A stretch of DNA of 63,432 bases, counting the filler, from Chiloscyllium plagiosum (taxonomy: Eukaryota): assembly GCF_004010195.1 (NCBI RefSeq). It is 4 parts of one record of this genome, joined end to end, with 100 filler letters (N's around TTAATTAATTAA, not from the genome) between each part and the next. Parts side by side here need not be neighbours in the genome. Positions count along the whole stretch, not along the records: positions 1 to 20,152 come from NC_057717.1; positions 20,253 to 45,337 come from NC_057717.1; 2 more parts are not named here. One strand, given 5' to 3'. Positions 13,715 through 26,359 of the stretch are shown here, in pieces; position 1 is the stretch's first letter; each line of letters begins with the position of its first letter. The notes under the pieces are model-generated. The model saw only the letters and a program-made list of their open reading frames with translations. It was not told the origin of the DNA and ran no database searches. The translations under genes and the position numbers were made by a program.

Positions 13715-15410
13715 AGAACAAAGAACATTCCAACACAGGAACAGACCCTTCGGCCCTCCCAGCCTGTGCTGATCCAGATCCTCCTATTTTCTAAACCTGC
13801 CACCTATTTTCTAAGGGTCTGTATTCCTCTGCTCCCTCCCCATTCATGTTTCTGTCTAAATACATCTTAGATAAAGCTATCGTTCCTGCCCCTACCACGT
13901 CTGCTAGCCACACGTTCCAGGCTGCCACCGCCCTATGTGGATAGAACTTCCCACATATATCTGCCTTAAACCTTTTCCTTCTTACTTTGAACTCATGACC
14001 CCGAGTAATTGAGTTCCACAAACTGGGGAAAAAGTTTCTTGCTATCCACCCTGTGTATATCTGTCTTGATTTTGTAGACCTCAACTTTCGACTTTGTAAT
14101 GAAAATAGTCCTAATCAATCAATCTTTCTTCATAACCAGCACCGTCCAACCTATTCTGTACCCTATTCACAGCATGCACATCCTTTTGTTAATGTGGTGA
14201 CCAGAACTATATGCAGTATTCCAAATGCGGCCAAACCAAAGTTTTATGCAACTGTAACATGACCTGCCAGCGTTTGTACTCAACAACTGATCCAATGAAG
14301 GAAGCAAGCCATGTGCCGCTTTGACCCTTTATTCACCTGTGTTGGCATCTTCAGGGAACAATGGACCCAAACACCCAGATCTCGCTGTAAGTCAATTTTC
14401 CCCAGGACTTTTCTGTTCACTGTGTTGTTCACTCTTGAACTGGATCTTTCAAAGTGCATCACCTCGCATTTGCACAGATTGACCTCCATCTGCCATTTCT
14501 GTGCCTATCTCTCCAATCTATCTATATTCTGCTGTATTCTCTGACAGTCCCCTTCACTATCTGCTACTCCAACAATCTTGGTGTCATCTGCAAACTTGCT
14601 AATCAGGCAACCGATACCTTCTTCCAAATCATTGATATATATCACAAACAACAGTGGTCTCAGCACAGATCGCTGTTGCACACCACTGGGCATAGGTCTC
14701 CATTTTGAGAAATCCCCTTCCACTATTAATTTCTGTCTCCTGTTGCCCAGCAGGTTCTCTATCCATCTAGATATACCACTTTGGACCCCATGCGACTTCA
14801 CCTTCTCCATCGGCCGACCATAGGGAACCTAATAAAACGCCTTCCTCAAGTCCCTCAGTATCTTCTCCAGCAGCTTCCCTACTACTGATGTCAGGCTCGC
14901 CGGTCTACAATTACCTGGATTATCCCCGCTATCCTTCTTAAACTAGGGGACAATATTAGCAATTCTTCAGTCCTCCGGGACCTCACCCATGTTCAATCAT
15001 CTTGCAAAGATATATGTTAAAGCCCCAGTTATTTCGACACTCACATCCCTCAGTAACCTGTGGTTGATCCCATCCGGACTTGGGGGCTTGTCTACCTGAA
15101 TACCTTTTAGAGTATCCAAAACTTCCTCACTCTTTATGTCGACTTGAACCAGAGTACTCAGAGATTTATCCCTAAACTCAACATCTGTCAAGTCCCTCTC
15201 CTTGGTGAATACAGATGCAAAGTACTCGCTAGGTATCTCACCCGTTGTCTCTGACTCCATGCATAGCTTTCTTCCTTTGCCCTTGTGTGGGCCAAACATT
15301 TCTCTAGTTACCCTCTTGCTCCTTATATATGAAAATAAGTCTTTGGGATTTTCCTCAACCCAGTTTGCTATCAATATCTCATGACTATTTTTAGCCCTCT
15401 TAAATCGTCG
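13715..15410 (-). mobile_element. CR1 LINE, decayed
   Basis: ORF fragments [52 protein letters not shown]; tail AAGAACAAAGAACA. Confidence 0.92.
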
Positions 15411-15771
15411 ATATTTACTGTGAAATGAAGCTAGTGAAAAGAAAATAAACATTTGTTCGTGCGAGTGGGAACTCAGACCATTTCAAAGTGTTTTCTGCCA
15501 AAAAAAAAATTGAAATCCGTCTCAGTGCAAATAAAAAGCAAGAGAAGAAGCCTCTTGGGAAGAGTAATTTTGAGCCATTGTCCCCCCAAAGTACTTCTGA
15601 GGTAGAAAAGAGTGAGGGTTTGTAACCAGGGCACAACAGAAACTATGGGTGGTGTGAACATGCAAATTGGCTCAATTAATCAACTTGACAGTGATCTCCT
15701 TGAATAAAGATTCGTAGAGTGCATGAGAGATCATTTCTGAGAGCATGATATCATGGAAACAACCAAAGAAT

Positions 15772-16060
15772 GGGCCGGCATGGTGGTTCAGTGATTAGCA
15801 CAACACCAAGGCCCCAGGTTCGATTCCAGCCTCGGGGGACTGTCTGCGTGTAGTTTGCACATTGTCCCCCTGTCTGCGTGGGTTTCCTCCCACAGTCCAA
15901 AGATGTGCAGGTCAGGTGAATTGGCCATGCTAAATTGCTCATAGAGTTACGTACAGTACTCAGAGGGAAATGGGACTGGGTGGGTTAACCTTCGGAGGGT
16001 CGGTGCGGATTTGTTGGGCCGAAGGGCCTGTTTCCATACTGTAGGGAATTTAATCTAATT
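15772..16060 (+). mobile_element. HE1-type V-SINE
   Basis: A and B boxes (GGTTCGATTCC), central domain, tail GGGCCGAAGGGCCTGTTTCCATACTGTAGGG. Confidence 0.88.
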
Positions 16061-16444
16061 TAGATTTGATTTTATGTAACAAGGAAGGATTGGTGGATGA
16101 GCTTTGCCTTGGAATAACCACAACATGCTGGAGTTTCACATTCAGATTGAAAGAGTGAAGACTGAGTCATACATGAGAGTTTTAGTGTTCGGCAATGATA
16201 ATTATACTAGCCTAAGGAAGGATTTGGCTGTGGTGGTCTGGGGGGAGAAAAGAACAGTCAAAGGCAGGACAGCTGAAGAAATTTGGCAAACAATTAGGGA
16301 GATACTAAAGACCGAAGAGAAATTTCATTATGGAGAAAAATCATCCATATCTTGATAAGGAAATCAAGGATAACATGAAGGCAAATCCCAGTGCATGTCA
16401 TCCTGCACATGTTAGGCACACTGTGGAGAATTGGGCAAGTCAGT

Positions 16445-16650
16445 GCCCTTGTGGTGTTATCATGAATTCTGATATGATAAACCGAGATAATGTTCGAGTG
16501 ACCTTGGGTTCAAATCCTGCCACAGCAAGTGGCGGAGCTTAAATTCAAATGATGAATTAAGAGACTGATGGTGGTTATGAATCGATTGCCAAGAAAAAAT
16601 CACCTGGTTCACTAATGCCCTTTAGGGAAGGAAACTGCCATTCTACCATA
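16445..16650 (+). mobile_element. Old tRNA-derived SINE (second family), fragment
   Basis: B-box-like GGGTTCAAATCC followed by CTGGTTCACTAATGCCCTTTAGGGAAGGAAACTGCC; a related inverted copy lies at ~51400-51715. Confidence 0.55.
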
Positions 16651-18480
16651 GATTCACCACTCTCAGGCTGAAGACGTTTCTCCTTAGGTCCGTGCTAAAG
16701 ATTTTCTCGTGACTCTCGGGCTATGTCCTTGAGTCCTTTCTGTCCTAACTGTGGAAGCATCTTCCAAACGTCTACCCTGACCAGGCAACCAGTATTCTGT
16801 ATGGTTCTATTAGATCCACCTTCATCCTTATAAACTGCAGCAAGTATAGACCCAAAGATCTCATATGTTAAGCTTTTCATTCCGAGGACCATTCTTATGA
16901 AGCCCTTTTAAAATGCTCCGGGGCGGTACATCCTTCCTGAGTTATGGGTCCGAAAACGGTACACAACACACCAAATGTGGTCTGACCAGAGTTTTATAGA
17001 GCCTCAGAAGTCCATCGCTGCTGTAGTATTCAATTCTTCTGAAAATAAATGCCATCACTGTATTTGCCTTTCTGACCAGATTGACCACCTAAAATAATAA
17101 TCTTACGATGGACAATAATAAATTTACCATGGAGTTACAAAAATGAACAATGATTAACGCATGCTGGGAAGTAGAACCCAGCCTTGACCAAAGTCTGTGT
17201 GCTCATCCACATGCTGCAGAATCTAGACAGGAGGCAGCTACCCACAAATGGTTGCAAAGAAACTTGATAGTGGAATGTCGCCCTTGGGCCATCAATGTGA
17301 CAACACCTGGTTGAGTCCGATTGATCAGGGTAAATGAACCTGATCATTTCATTGGCAGATCCTCCACACCCTCCCAAAAGGCGTGAAGACTTGGAAGAAT
17401 AAGAATCACCGTAAAACCCCTCAGAGAGTGGTAACTCGAGAATAACCACTGAAAGAGAAGACACCTCCAAGTCTATCAGAAGAACAAGAAGACTTCATCA
17501 CGTGGAAAGCGGTCAACTTCTCGTGGGTTGGTATGTGATCATCCAAAGTTAAGTTAAAACATAAGATAATTTGTAGTGTTTTACATTACGTTATTATACG
17601 TTTTATTTTTCTAATATTAATTGTGTTCAATAAATAAATATTATTGTTTATAAGAGTTGACTCAGTTCTTTTGATGAACATAAGATTTCAAACATAGTGT
17701 GCGGCAGATACACCACCTTCCTAACTACTGACTCAACTTGCACGATTACCTTGAGACAATCCTGGACTGGAACTCGCAACACTCTTTGTTCTTCAGACTT
17801 CTGAATTTTCTCCCCAGGTATAAAATAGTCCATGCCTCTCTTCTTCCTACTAAAGTGCATCACCGCGCACTTTCCCAGGTTGTACTCTATCTGCCACTTC
17901 TTTGCCCACTCTCCTACCCTGTTTAAATCTTTCTGCAGCCTCCCTACCTCCTCAATGATACCTGTCCCACTACCTACCTTTGCATCATCTAAAAGTCTCG
18001 CCGAAGTGCCCTCAGTTCCTTCATCGAGATTGTTAATGTACAAAGTAAAAGGTTTTGTTTCCCTTGTGGAACACCAGTTGTCATCGGCTGCTATCCACAG
18101 AAGGACCCTTTTATTCCCACTGTCTACTTTCTGCCAGACAGTCAAGCTTCTATACTCGTTAGTAATTTGACCCTGACACCATGGGCCCTTATCTTACTCA
18201 TCATCCTCCTGTTAGGCACCTTGTCAATGTCCTTCTTGATGTGCAGATAGATAACTTCCATTAGCTCTCCTTGGTCTAACCTGCTTGTTATATCCTCAAA
18301 CAATTCTAACAGAATCATTAGCATGACCTCCCCTTGACTTTGCCCTACTTTTCCATGCACTGGCAATTATTCAGAAATCTCATCTTTCACAATGGATTCC
18401 AGGAACTTACCCACGACCGGGGTTAGGCTAATCACTTTATAATTTTCTGTCTTTTGCCTTATTCACTATTTATGCAGGGT
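16650..18480 (-). mobile_element. CR1 LINE relic interrupted by a ~640-bp insertion (17074-17715)
   Basis: FTLYINNLDEGTEGTSARLLDDAKV and EWAKKWQIEYNLGKCAVMHF fragments; CR1 sequence resumes on both sides of the insert. Confidence 0.85.
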
Positions 18481-20152
18481 GTAAGCGAGATCCAAGATGG
18501 CGCCGACCCAGTAGGAATGAGTCTGCCCTGCTCTGCCCAAGACTCAGGCAAATTGGGGTACCCACCCTCACCTCACCTGTTAAATTATTTAAAATAGTTG
18601 TTACCCAGAAGCTTTGGCCATTCTACATCAGACTTTAGAATTTGACGCTTGAAAATGACCAAAGGCAAAGATTCTTGCAGTTCACAACAGGCAGGGGCCC
18701 CTGCCCACCCCTCACACCCACCCCCCAACCTGGCAGCAAGGCAGACGTCTGCGGCCGCCGTGGGGGACTCACCCGCAGAGGCGAGCCTGATCTTGGAGCT
18801 CGTTACACTCCGAGAGAAGAATGATGAGTCCATTGAAGAGACCCAGTCTAGGTGGGAGTCAATCTCGGTCATTTTGCAGAAACATGACGGAGAGATCAAG
18901 AAACTCGGGCAGCGTGTCAGAGATGCAGAGCAATGGAGCACGGCTTCCGAAACCACTGCTGAGTTATCCATGGGTCAGGTCTGGACTCTGGAACATCGAA
19001 TCCCGACTTTAGAGGAACATATTGACGACCTCGAAAATGGAGGTCATTGGAAAAAATATTCGGTTACTGGGCCTTCCCGAACGGGAGGAGGAAGCCCAGT
19101 GTTTTGCTTTCCTGAAGCAATGGCTCCCACAGCTGCTGAAAGTGGAGTCCGAGCTGGGCCGGGTGCGGGTTGAACGGGAACAACGGGTTGCTGTGCGCCG
19201 GCCCGGGTCGGACCAGCGCCCCCGCCCAGTCCTAGTTCAACTTCAACATTACAGGGAAAAACAGATGCTGCTCGAGTCCAAGAGAGTGTTGGGGAAGGAT
19301 TCCAATGTCTTGATATACACGGGTTCCAGGATAATGTCGTCCGAAAGAGGAAGACATTTGATGAGGCGAAGATGGTGTGGGGCGGGGGGGCGGGGGTGTT
19401 ATCTGCTTAGAGATGTGGGAGGACGTCCTGGAAAAAGTCAGGAAGATGTCTATCTGAAACAGAACTCAGGCTATCCAATTGAAGATACTTCATTGGGCTC
19501 ACATGCCACCTGAGTGACTTGCAAAGTTCAAGGCAGGAGCAGCTCCAATGTGTCCTACATGCAAATCAGAAGTTAGTACTCTCACGCATTGTCTGAGGAC
19601 ATGCCGTAAGATCCGCATGTATTCGGACAGAGTAGCGAATGCCTTAGCAAAGATTTTTGGTACTGAGATTGGTTGGGACCCAGTGCCTCTAATTTTGGGC
19701 TCCCCAAATTTCCCTTCTTTGGATGTATACGGGAGGAAATTATTCATTATCGTTTTCTTTTGTCCAGGCAAAAACATTTTAATGAATTGGATATTCGAAG
19801 GTCCCCCAGGACTTTCAAATTGGCACAAGATAGTCATGGAATATATCCCACTTGACATCCTTATGAATATGGTGAACCAGAAGACGGGATTATTTTATAG
19901 AAGATGGTAGAGCTTTTTGAACTACATTGGCACAGATATATCAGCCACATTGTTCAGTGCCTTTGCTTAGCCGTGGGAATAGTTCTGGCTGATTCGGGGG
20001 CTCCTGGGAGGAGGAATCCTGTATCAATACGGGTTCTGCTATGACTTAATATAATTTAAAAAACATATGTATCTAGTTATTTATTTACTTATTTATTTTC
20101 TTTTCTTCTTTTGTTTAGTTTTAGTAATTTAGGATATCCTATTTTATGGTTT
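18481..20152 (+). mobile_element. L1-clade LINE, internally deleted: 5'UTR + ORF1 fused to the C-terminus of ORF2
   Basis: CAAGATGGCG at the 5' end. ORF1 starts MTKGK and has a coiled coil, DDLENGG..KNIRLLGLPERE (frameshifted) and RPRPVLVQL. At ~19375 it jumps to the ORF2 zinc-knuckle region (QLKILH...CPTCKSEVSTLTHCLRTC). Confidence 0.9.
18493..18502 (+). promoter_or_regulatory. YY1-type motif in L1 5'UTR
   Basis: CAAGATGGCG lies ~12 nt from the element start, the same position as the YY1 site of mammalian L1 internal promoters. Confidence 0.6.
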
Positions 20153-20252
20153 NNNNNNNNNNNNNNNNNNNNNNNNNNNNNNNNNNNNNNNNNNNNTTAA
20201 TTAATTAANNNNNNNNNNNNNNNNNNNNNNNNNNNNNNNNNNNNNNNNNNNN
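20153..20252. other. Artificial scaffold spacer (44 N + TTAATTAATTAA + 44 N)
   Basis: The identical 100-nt construct also occurs at 45338-45437 and 58697-58796; the 12-mer puts stops in all six frames. Confidence 0.95.
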
Positions 20253-22550
20253 AGGGGTTCAGGGTGATAGTGATGCAGGAACTGTGAGGGAGTCAGGGTG
20301 ATAGTGATGCAGGAAATGTGAAGGGATTCAGGATGATAGTGATGCAGTACTTGTGAGGGGGTCAGGGTGACAGTGATGGAGTGAGTGTGAGGGAGTCATG
20401 GTCATGGTGATGGAGTGAGTGTGAGGGGGTCATGGTGACGGCAATGGAGTGAGTGTGAGCAGTCAGGGCGACAGTGATGGAGTGAGTGTGAGGGGTTAAG
20501 GGTGATACTGACACAGGAACTGTGAGGGGTTCAGGGTGATAGCGAAACAGTAAGTTTGAGGGGGTCAGGGTGATACTGACACAGGAACAGTTTCAGGGTG
20601 ACAGTGATGCGGTAAGAGTGAAGGGGTCAGGGTGAGAGTGATGCAGTTAGTTTGAGGGGGCCAGGGTGACAGTGACACAGTCAGTGTGATGGGATCAGGT
20701 TGACAGTGATACTGGAAGTGTGAAGGGGTCAGTGTGATAGTGACACAGGATCTGTGCGGGGGTCAGGGTGATAGCAACGCAGTAAGTGTGAGGGCGATAG
20801 GTTGGTAGTGACGCAGTAAGTATCACGGGTCAGGCTCATCGTGATGCAGTAAGTGTGAGGGGGTCCGGGTGATAGTGACGCAGTAAGTGTGAGGGGGTCA
20901 GGGTGATAGTGATGCAGTAAGTGTGAAGGCTAGGATGATATTGATGCAGTAAGTGTGAGGGGGTCAGTGTGACACTTATGCAGTAAGTATGAGGGGATGC
21001 AGGATGATAGTGACGCAGTAAGGGTAATGGGGTCTGGATGACAGTGATACAGGAAGTGTGAGGGGGTTAGGGCGACAGTGATACAGTAAGTGTGAGGCGG
21101 TCAGGGTGACAGTGACGCTGTAAATGTGAGGGGGTCAGGGTGATAGTGACACAATAAGTGTGGGGGTAATGTTGATCGTGATGTAGTAAGTGTGAGGGGG
21201 TCAGGGTGATAGTGACGCAGTAAGTGTGTGGGGGTCCGGGTGACAGTGACGCAGAAGGGGTGAGGGGTTCAGGGTGACAGTGACACAGTCAGTGTGATGG
21301 GGTCAGAGTGACAGCGATACCTCAAGTGTGAAGGGGTCATTGTGATAGTGACGTAGGAACTGTGAGGAGGTCAGGGTGATACCGGTGCAGTAAGTGGGAG
21401 GGCGACAGGCTGGTAGTGAAGCAGTAAGTGTGACGGGTCAGGCTCATCGTGATACAATAAGTGTGAGGGGTACGGGTGATAGTGACGCAATAATTATGTG
21501 GGGGTCAGGGTGATAGTGACGCAGTAAGTGTGAGGGGGCCAGGTAATAGTGATGCAGTATGTGTGAAGGTGTCAGGGTGACAATGACACTGTCAGTGTGA
21601 AGGGGTCAGGGTGACAGTGATACAGTAAGTGTGAGGGGGTCAGGGTGATAGTGGTGCATTAATTATGTGGGGGTCAGGGTGTTAGCGACGCAGTAATTGT
21701 GAGGGGGCCAAGGTAATAGTGATGCAGTAAGTGTGAAGGTGTCAGGGTGACAATGACGCAGTCAGTATGATGGGGTCAGAGTGACAGTGATATAGTAAGT
21801 GTGAGAGGGTCAGTGTGATAGTGGCGCAGGAACTACGAGGGGGTCAGGGTGACAGCGGTGCAGTACGTGTGAGGGCGACATGCTGGTAGTTACGCAGTAA
21901 GTGTGATGCGTCAGGCTCATCGTGATGCAGTAAGTGTGAGGGGGTCCGGGTGATAGTGATGCAGTAAGTGTGAAGGGCAGGATGGTAGTGACGCAGTAAG
22001 GGTGATGGGGTCAGGGTGACAGTGATACATTAAGTATGAGGGGGTCAGGGTGATAGTGATGCAGCAATTATGTGGGGGTCAATGTGGTAGTGACGCAGTA
22101 AGTGTGAGGGGACCAGGGTAATAGTGATGCAGTAAGTGTAAAGGGGTCAGGGTGACAATGACACAGTGTGAAGTGGTCAGGCTGACAGTGATACAGTAAG
22201 TGTGAGGGGGTCAGAGTGATAGTGATGCAGTAATTGTGAGGGGGCCAGGGTAATAGTGATGCAGTAAGTGTGAGGGGATCAGGGTGACAGTGATATAGTA
22301 AGTGTGAGGGGGTCACGATGACAGTGACGCTGTAAGTGTAAGAGGGTCAGGATGACAGTGACCCTGTAATTGTATGGGGGTCAGTCTGACAGTGACGCAA
22401 TAAGTGTGAGGGGTAAGGTTGATCGTGATGTAGTAAGTGTGAGGGTGTCAGGGTGATACTGATACATAAATGTGAGGGGGTCAGGAAGACAGTGACGCAG
22501 TAAGTGTGGGGGTGTCAGGGTGACAGTGATGCAGGAACTTTGTGGGGGTC
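20253..22550. repeat. 34-bp G-rich minisatellite (consensus CAGTAAGTGTGAGGGGGTCAGGGTGATAGTGATG)
   Basis: CAGTAAG recurs at 34-nt spacing (e.g. 20881, 20915); bounded by gaps on both sides. Confidence 0.95.
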
Positions 22551-23050
22551 NNNNNNNNNNNNNNNNNNNNNNNNNNNNNNNNNNNNNNNNNNNNNNNNNN
22601 NNNNNNNNNNNNNNNNNNNNNNNNNNNNNNNNNNNNNNNNNNNNNNNNNNNNNNNNNNNNNNNNNNNNNNNNNNNNNNNNNNNNNNNNNNNNNNNNNNNN
22701 NNNNNNNNNNNNNNNNNNNNNNNNNNNNNNNNNNNNNNNNNNNNNNNNNNNNNNNNNNNNNNNNNNNNNNNNNNNNNNNNNNNNNNNNNNNNNNNNNNNN
22801 NNNNNNNNNNNNNNNNNNNNNNNNNNNNNNNNNNNNNNNNNNNNNNNNNNNNNNNNNNNNNNNNNNNNNNNNNNNNNNNNNNNNNNNNNNNNNNNNNNNN
22901 NNNNNNNNNNNNNNNNNNNNNNNNNNNNNNNNNNNNNNNNNNNNNNNNNNNNNNNNNNNNNNNNNNNNNNNNNNNNNNNNNNNNNNNNNNNNNNNNNNNN
23001 NNNNNNNNNNNNNNNNNNNNNNNNNNNNNNNNNNNNNNNNNNNNNNNNNN

Positions 23051-23495
23051 TCGATTCCCCTAACTATTGAGTCCCCTACCATGAATTTCATACTTTTCCA
23101 GCTCCAATTCCCTAACACGGTTTTCAAGGAGCTGGAGTTGGGTGCACCACCCACAGATGTAGCTAGCGGAGACGTGTGCCATGTCTTCCAGCTGCCACAT
23201 TCGGCAGGAGGAGCAAGCAACTGCCCTAGCATCCATACACGACTTATCTGAACATCCACTCAGTACTAAAGTAGAAAGCTTAGTTCAACTTGCTATAAAA
23301 TTAAGAACACACTTATATTCAATAGAGGAAGTTTAGAATGAACGTTAACTTATTAACGAGGTTAGAGGAGGATGGCGGGTGGGAGACTATACAGTAATAG
23401 AGTCTCGGGTTTTAGCCGCCTTGCTGATATATATGGTCACTGCTTTCCTTCCCGGCTGACCCTCTGGTCCTCGTCACTCCACCCGCTGCTCCAAT
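23051..23495 (-). mobile_element. CR1 5' end (5'UTR and ORF1 N-terminal zinc finger)
   Basis: Minus strand encodes ACSSCRMWQ...YICGWCTQLQLLENRVRELELE and VGDSIVRG; the 5'UTR resembles the one at 62240. Confidence 0.8.
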
Positions 23496-23676
23496 TATGA
23501 TTAATTGGAAAACCATAGTTTGGTTAGAGATAGTCAGCATGGCTTTGTGAGGGCAGGTCATAGTTTATTGAATCACAAACCTTATTGAATCCTTGGAGAT
23601 GTGACAAAATGCACTGATGAAGGTAGACCAGTGGATGTGGTGCACATGGATTTTAGCAAGGCATTTGATAAGGTTG

Positions 23677-23765
23677 AAAATGTGTTGCTGGAAAAGCGCA
23701 GCAGGTCAGGCAGCATCCAAGGAACAGGAGAATCGACGTTTCGGGCATACGCCCTTCTTCAGGAC
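23677..23765 (-). mobile_element. 89-bp Penelope-terminus insert with 15-bp TSD
   Basis: TSD CATTTGATAAGGTTG at 23662-23676 and 23766-23780; the insert interrupts the AFDKV motif of CR1 RT. Confidence 0.9.
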
Positions 23766-23766
23766 C
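23731..23766 (-). ncRNA. Putative minimal type I hammerhead ribozyme
   Basis: Minus strand GGTC-CTGAAGA-A-GGGC-GTAT-GCCC-GAA-ACGT-C-GATT: intact core, 4-bp stem II, palindromic ACGU in place of helix III, GUC triplet; stem I is weak. Confidence 0.7.
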
Positions 23767-24749
23767 ATTTGATAAGGTTGCCCATGGGACGCTAATTCAG
23801 AAAGTAAGGAGGCATGGGATACTGGGAAATTTGGTTATCTGGATATAGAGTAGGCTTGTCCAAAGAAGACAGAGGCTGGTAGTAGATGGGAAGTATTCAG
23901 CCTGAAGCTTGGTGACCAGTGATATTCCGCAGGGATGGTATGGGCCCTCTGCTCTCTGTGATTTTTATAAATGACCTGCATGAGGAATTGGAAGGTGGGT
24001 TAGTAAGTTTGCCAATGACATGAAGGTTGGTGGAGTGGTGGATAGTATGGAGGACTGCTCTAGGTTGCAACAGAGCATTGACAGGATGCAGAACTGGAGT
24101 GGTAAGTGTCAGATGGAGTTCAACCTGGAAAAGCATGAAGTGATTCACTTTGGAAGGTCAAACTGAAATGCAGAATGCAGGGTGAAAGGCAGCATTCTTG
24201 ACAGTGTGGAGGAACAGAAGGATCTTGGGGTTCATGCCTATTGATCCCTCAAAGTCAACCAGCGCCCCCCAAATGTGTTGAGGCAACTTATAGCGTGTTT
24301 GCTTTCATTAGCAGAGGGATGGAGTCTAAGAGCTGCGAGGTTATGCTGCTGCTCTATAGAGCCTTGCTTAGACCACACTTGGAATATTGTGTTCAGTTCT
24401 GGTTGCCACCTTATAGAAAGGATGTGGGAGCTTGAGAGAGAGCGCTGCCTGGACTTGAGGGCATGTCTGATGAAGAAAGATTGAAGGAGCGAGGGTATTT
24501 TTCACTAGTATGAAGAAGGATGAGAGCTGACATGATGGAGGTGTACAAGGTGATGAGAGACACAGATAAAGGGGATAGACAGAGATTTTTTCCCTGGGCG
24601 GAAATGGTCATCATGAGGGGGGTATCATTTTAATGTGATTAGAGGAACTTTTAGTGGGAGATGTCAGATGTAGGTTCTTAACAGACAGTGGTGGGTGTGT
24701 GGAATATACTACCAGCAGTGGTAGCAGAGTCAGATAGATTAGGAACAAT

Positions 24750-25615
24750 TAGAACATAGAACATAAACATGACAGCGCAGTACAGCCTTGATGTTGTGCC
24801 GACCTGTGTAATTAATCTGAAGCCCATTTATCCTACACAATTCCATTTTTGTCCATATGATTATCCAAAGACCATTTAAATGCCCTGAAAGTCGATGTCT
24901 ACTACAGTTGCAGGCTGTGTGTTCCATGCCCCTACTACACTCTGTGAAAAAGAAACTACTCTGACATCTGTCCTATGTCTATCATCCCTCAATTTAAAGC
25001 TATGTCCCCTCGTGCTAGCCATCACCATCGAGGACAAAGCTCTCACTGTCCACCCGATCTAACTCTCTGGTTATCTGTAACTCACAATTACATCATCTGT
25101 CAGCCTTCTTCTCTCGAACGAAAAGAGCCTCAACCTTATCAAACTGGGTGGCAACTTTCAGGGATCTATGTACCTGGACGCTGAGATCTCTCTGCTTATC
25201 TACATTACCAAGAATCTTATCATTAGCCCAGTACTCTGTATTCTGGTTCCTCCTTCCAAAGTGAATCACCTCACACTTTTCCACATTAAGTTCCATTTGC
25301 CAACTCTCAGCCCAGCTCTGCAGCTTATCTATGTCCCTCTGTAGACTGCAACATCCTTCAACACTATCCACAACTCCACCGACCTTTTTGTCATCCACAA
25401 ATGTACTAACCCATCCTTCTACACCCTCATCTAGGTCATTTATAAAAATGACAAACAGCAGTGCAGCCAAAACAAATCCTTGTGATACACCACTAGTAAC
25501 GAACTCCAGGGTGAACATTTCCCATCAGCCACCACCCTCTGTCTTCTTTCAACCAGCCACCTTCTGATCCAAACTTCTGAAACACCCTCAATCCCATGTC
25601 TCTGTGTTAAGTGCA
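24750..25615 (-). mobile_element. CR1 LINE 3' fragment
   Basis: [26 protein letters not shown]...LQRDIDKLQSWAESWQMELNVEKC; tail AGAACATAGAACAT. Confidence 0.9.
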
Positions 25616-26137
25616 ATTTAAGCGACTCTTGGATAGGCACGTAGAGGGGAGAATAGATTCAGATAAATGGTCGGCACAACATCGAAAGCTGAAGGGCCTA
25701 TACTATGCTGTATTATAGTATGTTCTATGTTTACATCACAGGTTCAGTCCCCACACTGGCTGAGATCATCATGAAGGTCCTACCTTCCCAACCTCACCGT
25801 TCCCCTGAGGCACGGTGACCCTCAGGTTAAACTCACAGCCAGTTGTCTCTCACTAATGAGAGAACAGCCCTATGGTGCACAGGGACTATGGCGATTTTAC
25901 TGAAGGAATATATACCCAAGTCAGGATGGTGAGTGGCTCGGAAGGGAACATGCAGGTCATGGTGTTCTCATGCATCTACTATCTTTGTCTTTAGGAAGGT
26001 AGTGGTCATAGATGTTGAAGGTGAGTCTCTGCAGTGTGTATTGTCAATGATACTCAGTGGTGCCAATGAGCACCGGTGGTGGATAGACAATGTTTGTAGA
26101 AGTGGTGCCGATCAAGCTGGTTACTTCATCGTAAAAG

Positions 26138-26355
26138 AGAAAATGTTGGAGAAACTCAGCAGGCCTAGTGTGACTATGAAGAGAGAGAGTGAATGAATGT
26201 TTCTAGTCCGACATGACACCTTGTCAGCACTGTTCTGAAGAAGGGTGATATTGGACTCAAAAGTTTAACCTTATGTATCTCTCCAAAGGTGCTGCCAGAT
26301 TTGCTGAATTTCTCCAGCACTTTCTGATTTCATGTCGGAATTTGAGTGTCTGCAA
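26138..26355. mobile_element. Old head-to-head Penelope-terminus hairpin with decayed hammerhead core
   Basis: TGTTGGAGAAACTCAGCAGG... is mirrored by ...TTTGCTGAATTTCTCCAGCA; central CTGAAGAAGGGTGATATTGGACTCAAAAGTTT. Confidence 0.65.
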
Positions 26356-26359
26356 CATT

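Larger units (their letters stand above)
23500..24740 (+). mobile_element. CR1 LINE RT to 3' region, decayed
   Basis: VDVVHMDFSKAFDK, LYRALLRPHLEYCVQFW; interrupted by the insert at 23677-23765. Confidence 0.92.

Noticed and set aside
20197..20208. TTAATTAATTAA palindromes (also 45382 and 58741)
   Set aside because: Each is centred in an identical 44N-12-44N block, so it is an assembly linker.
22381..23259. Long ORFs full of X (also 29913-30962, 42235-42912, 60782-61776)
   Set aside because: Artefacts of translating through N gaps.
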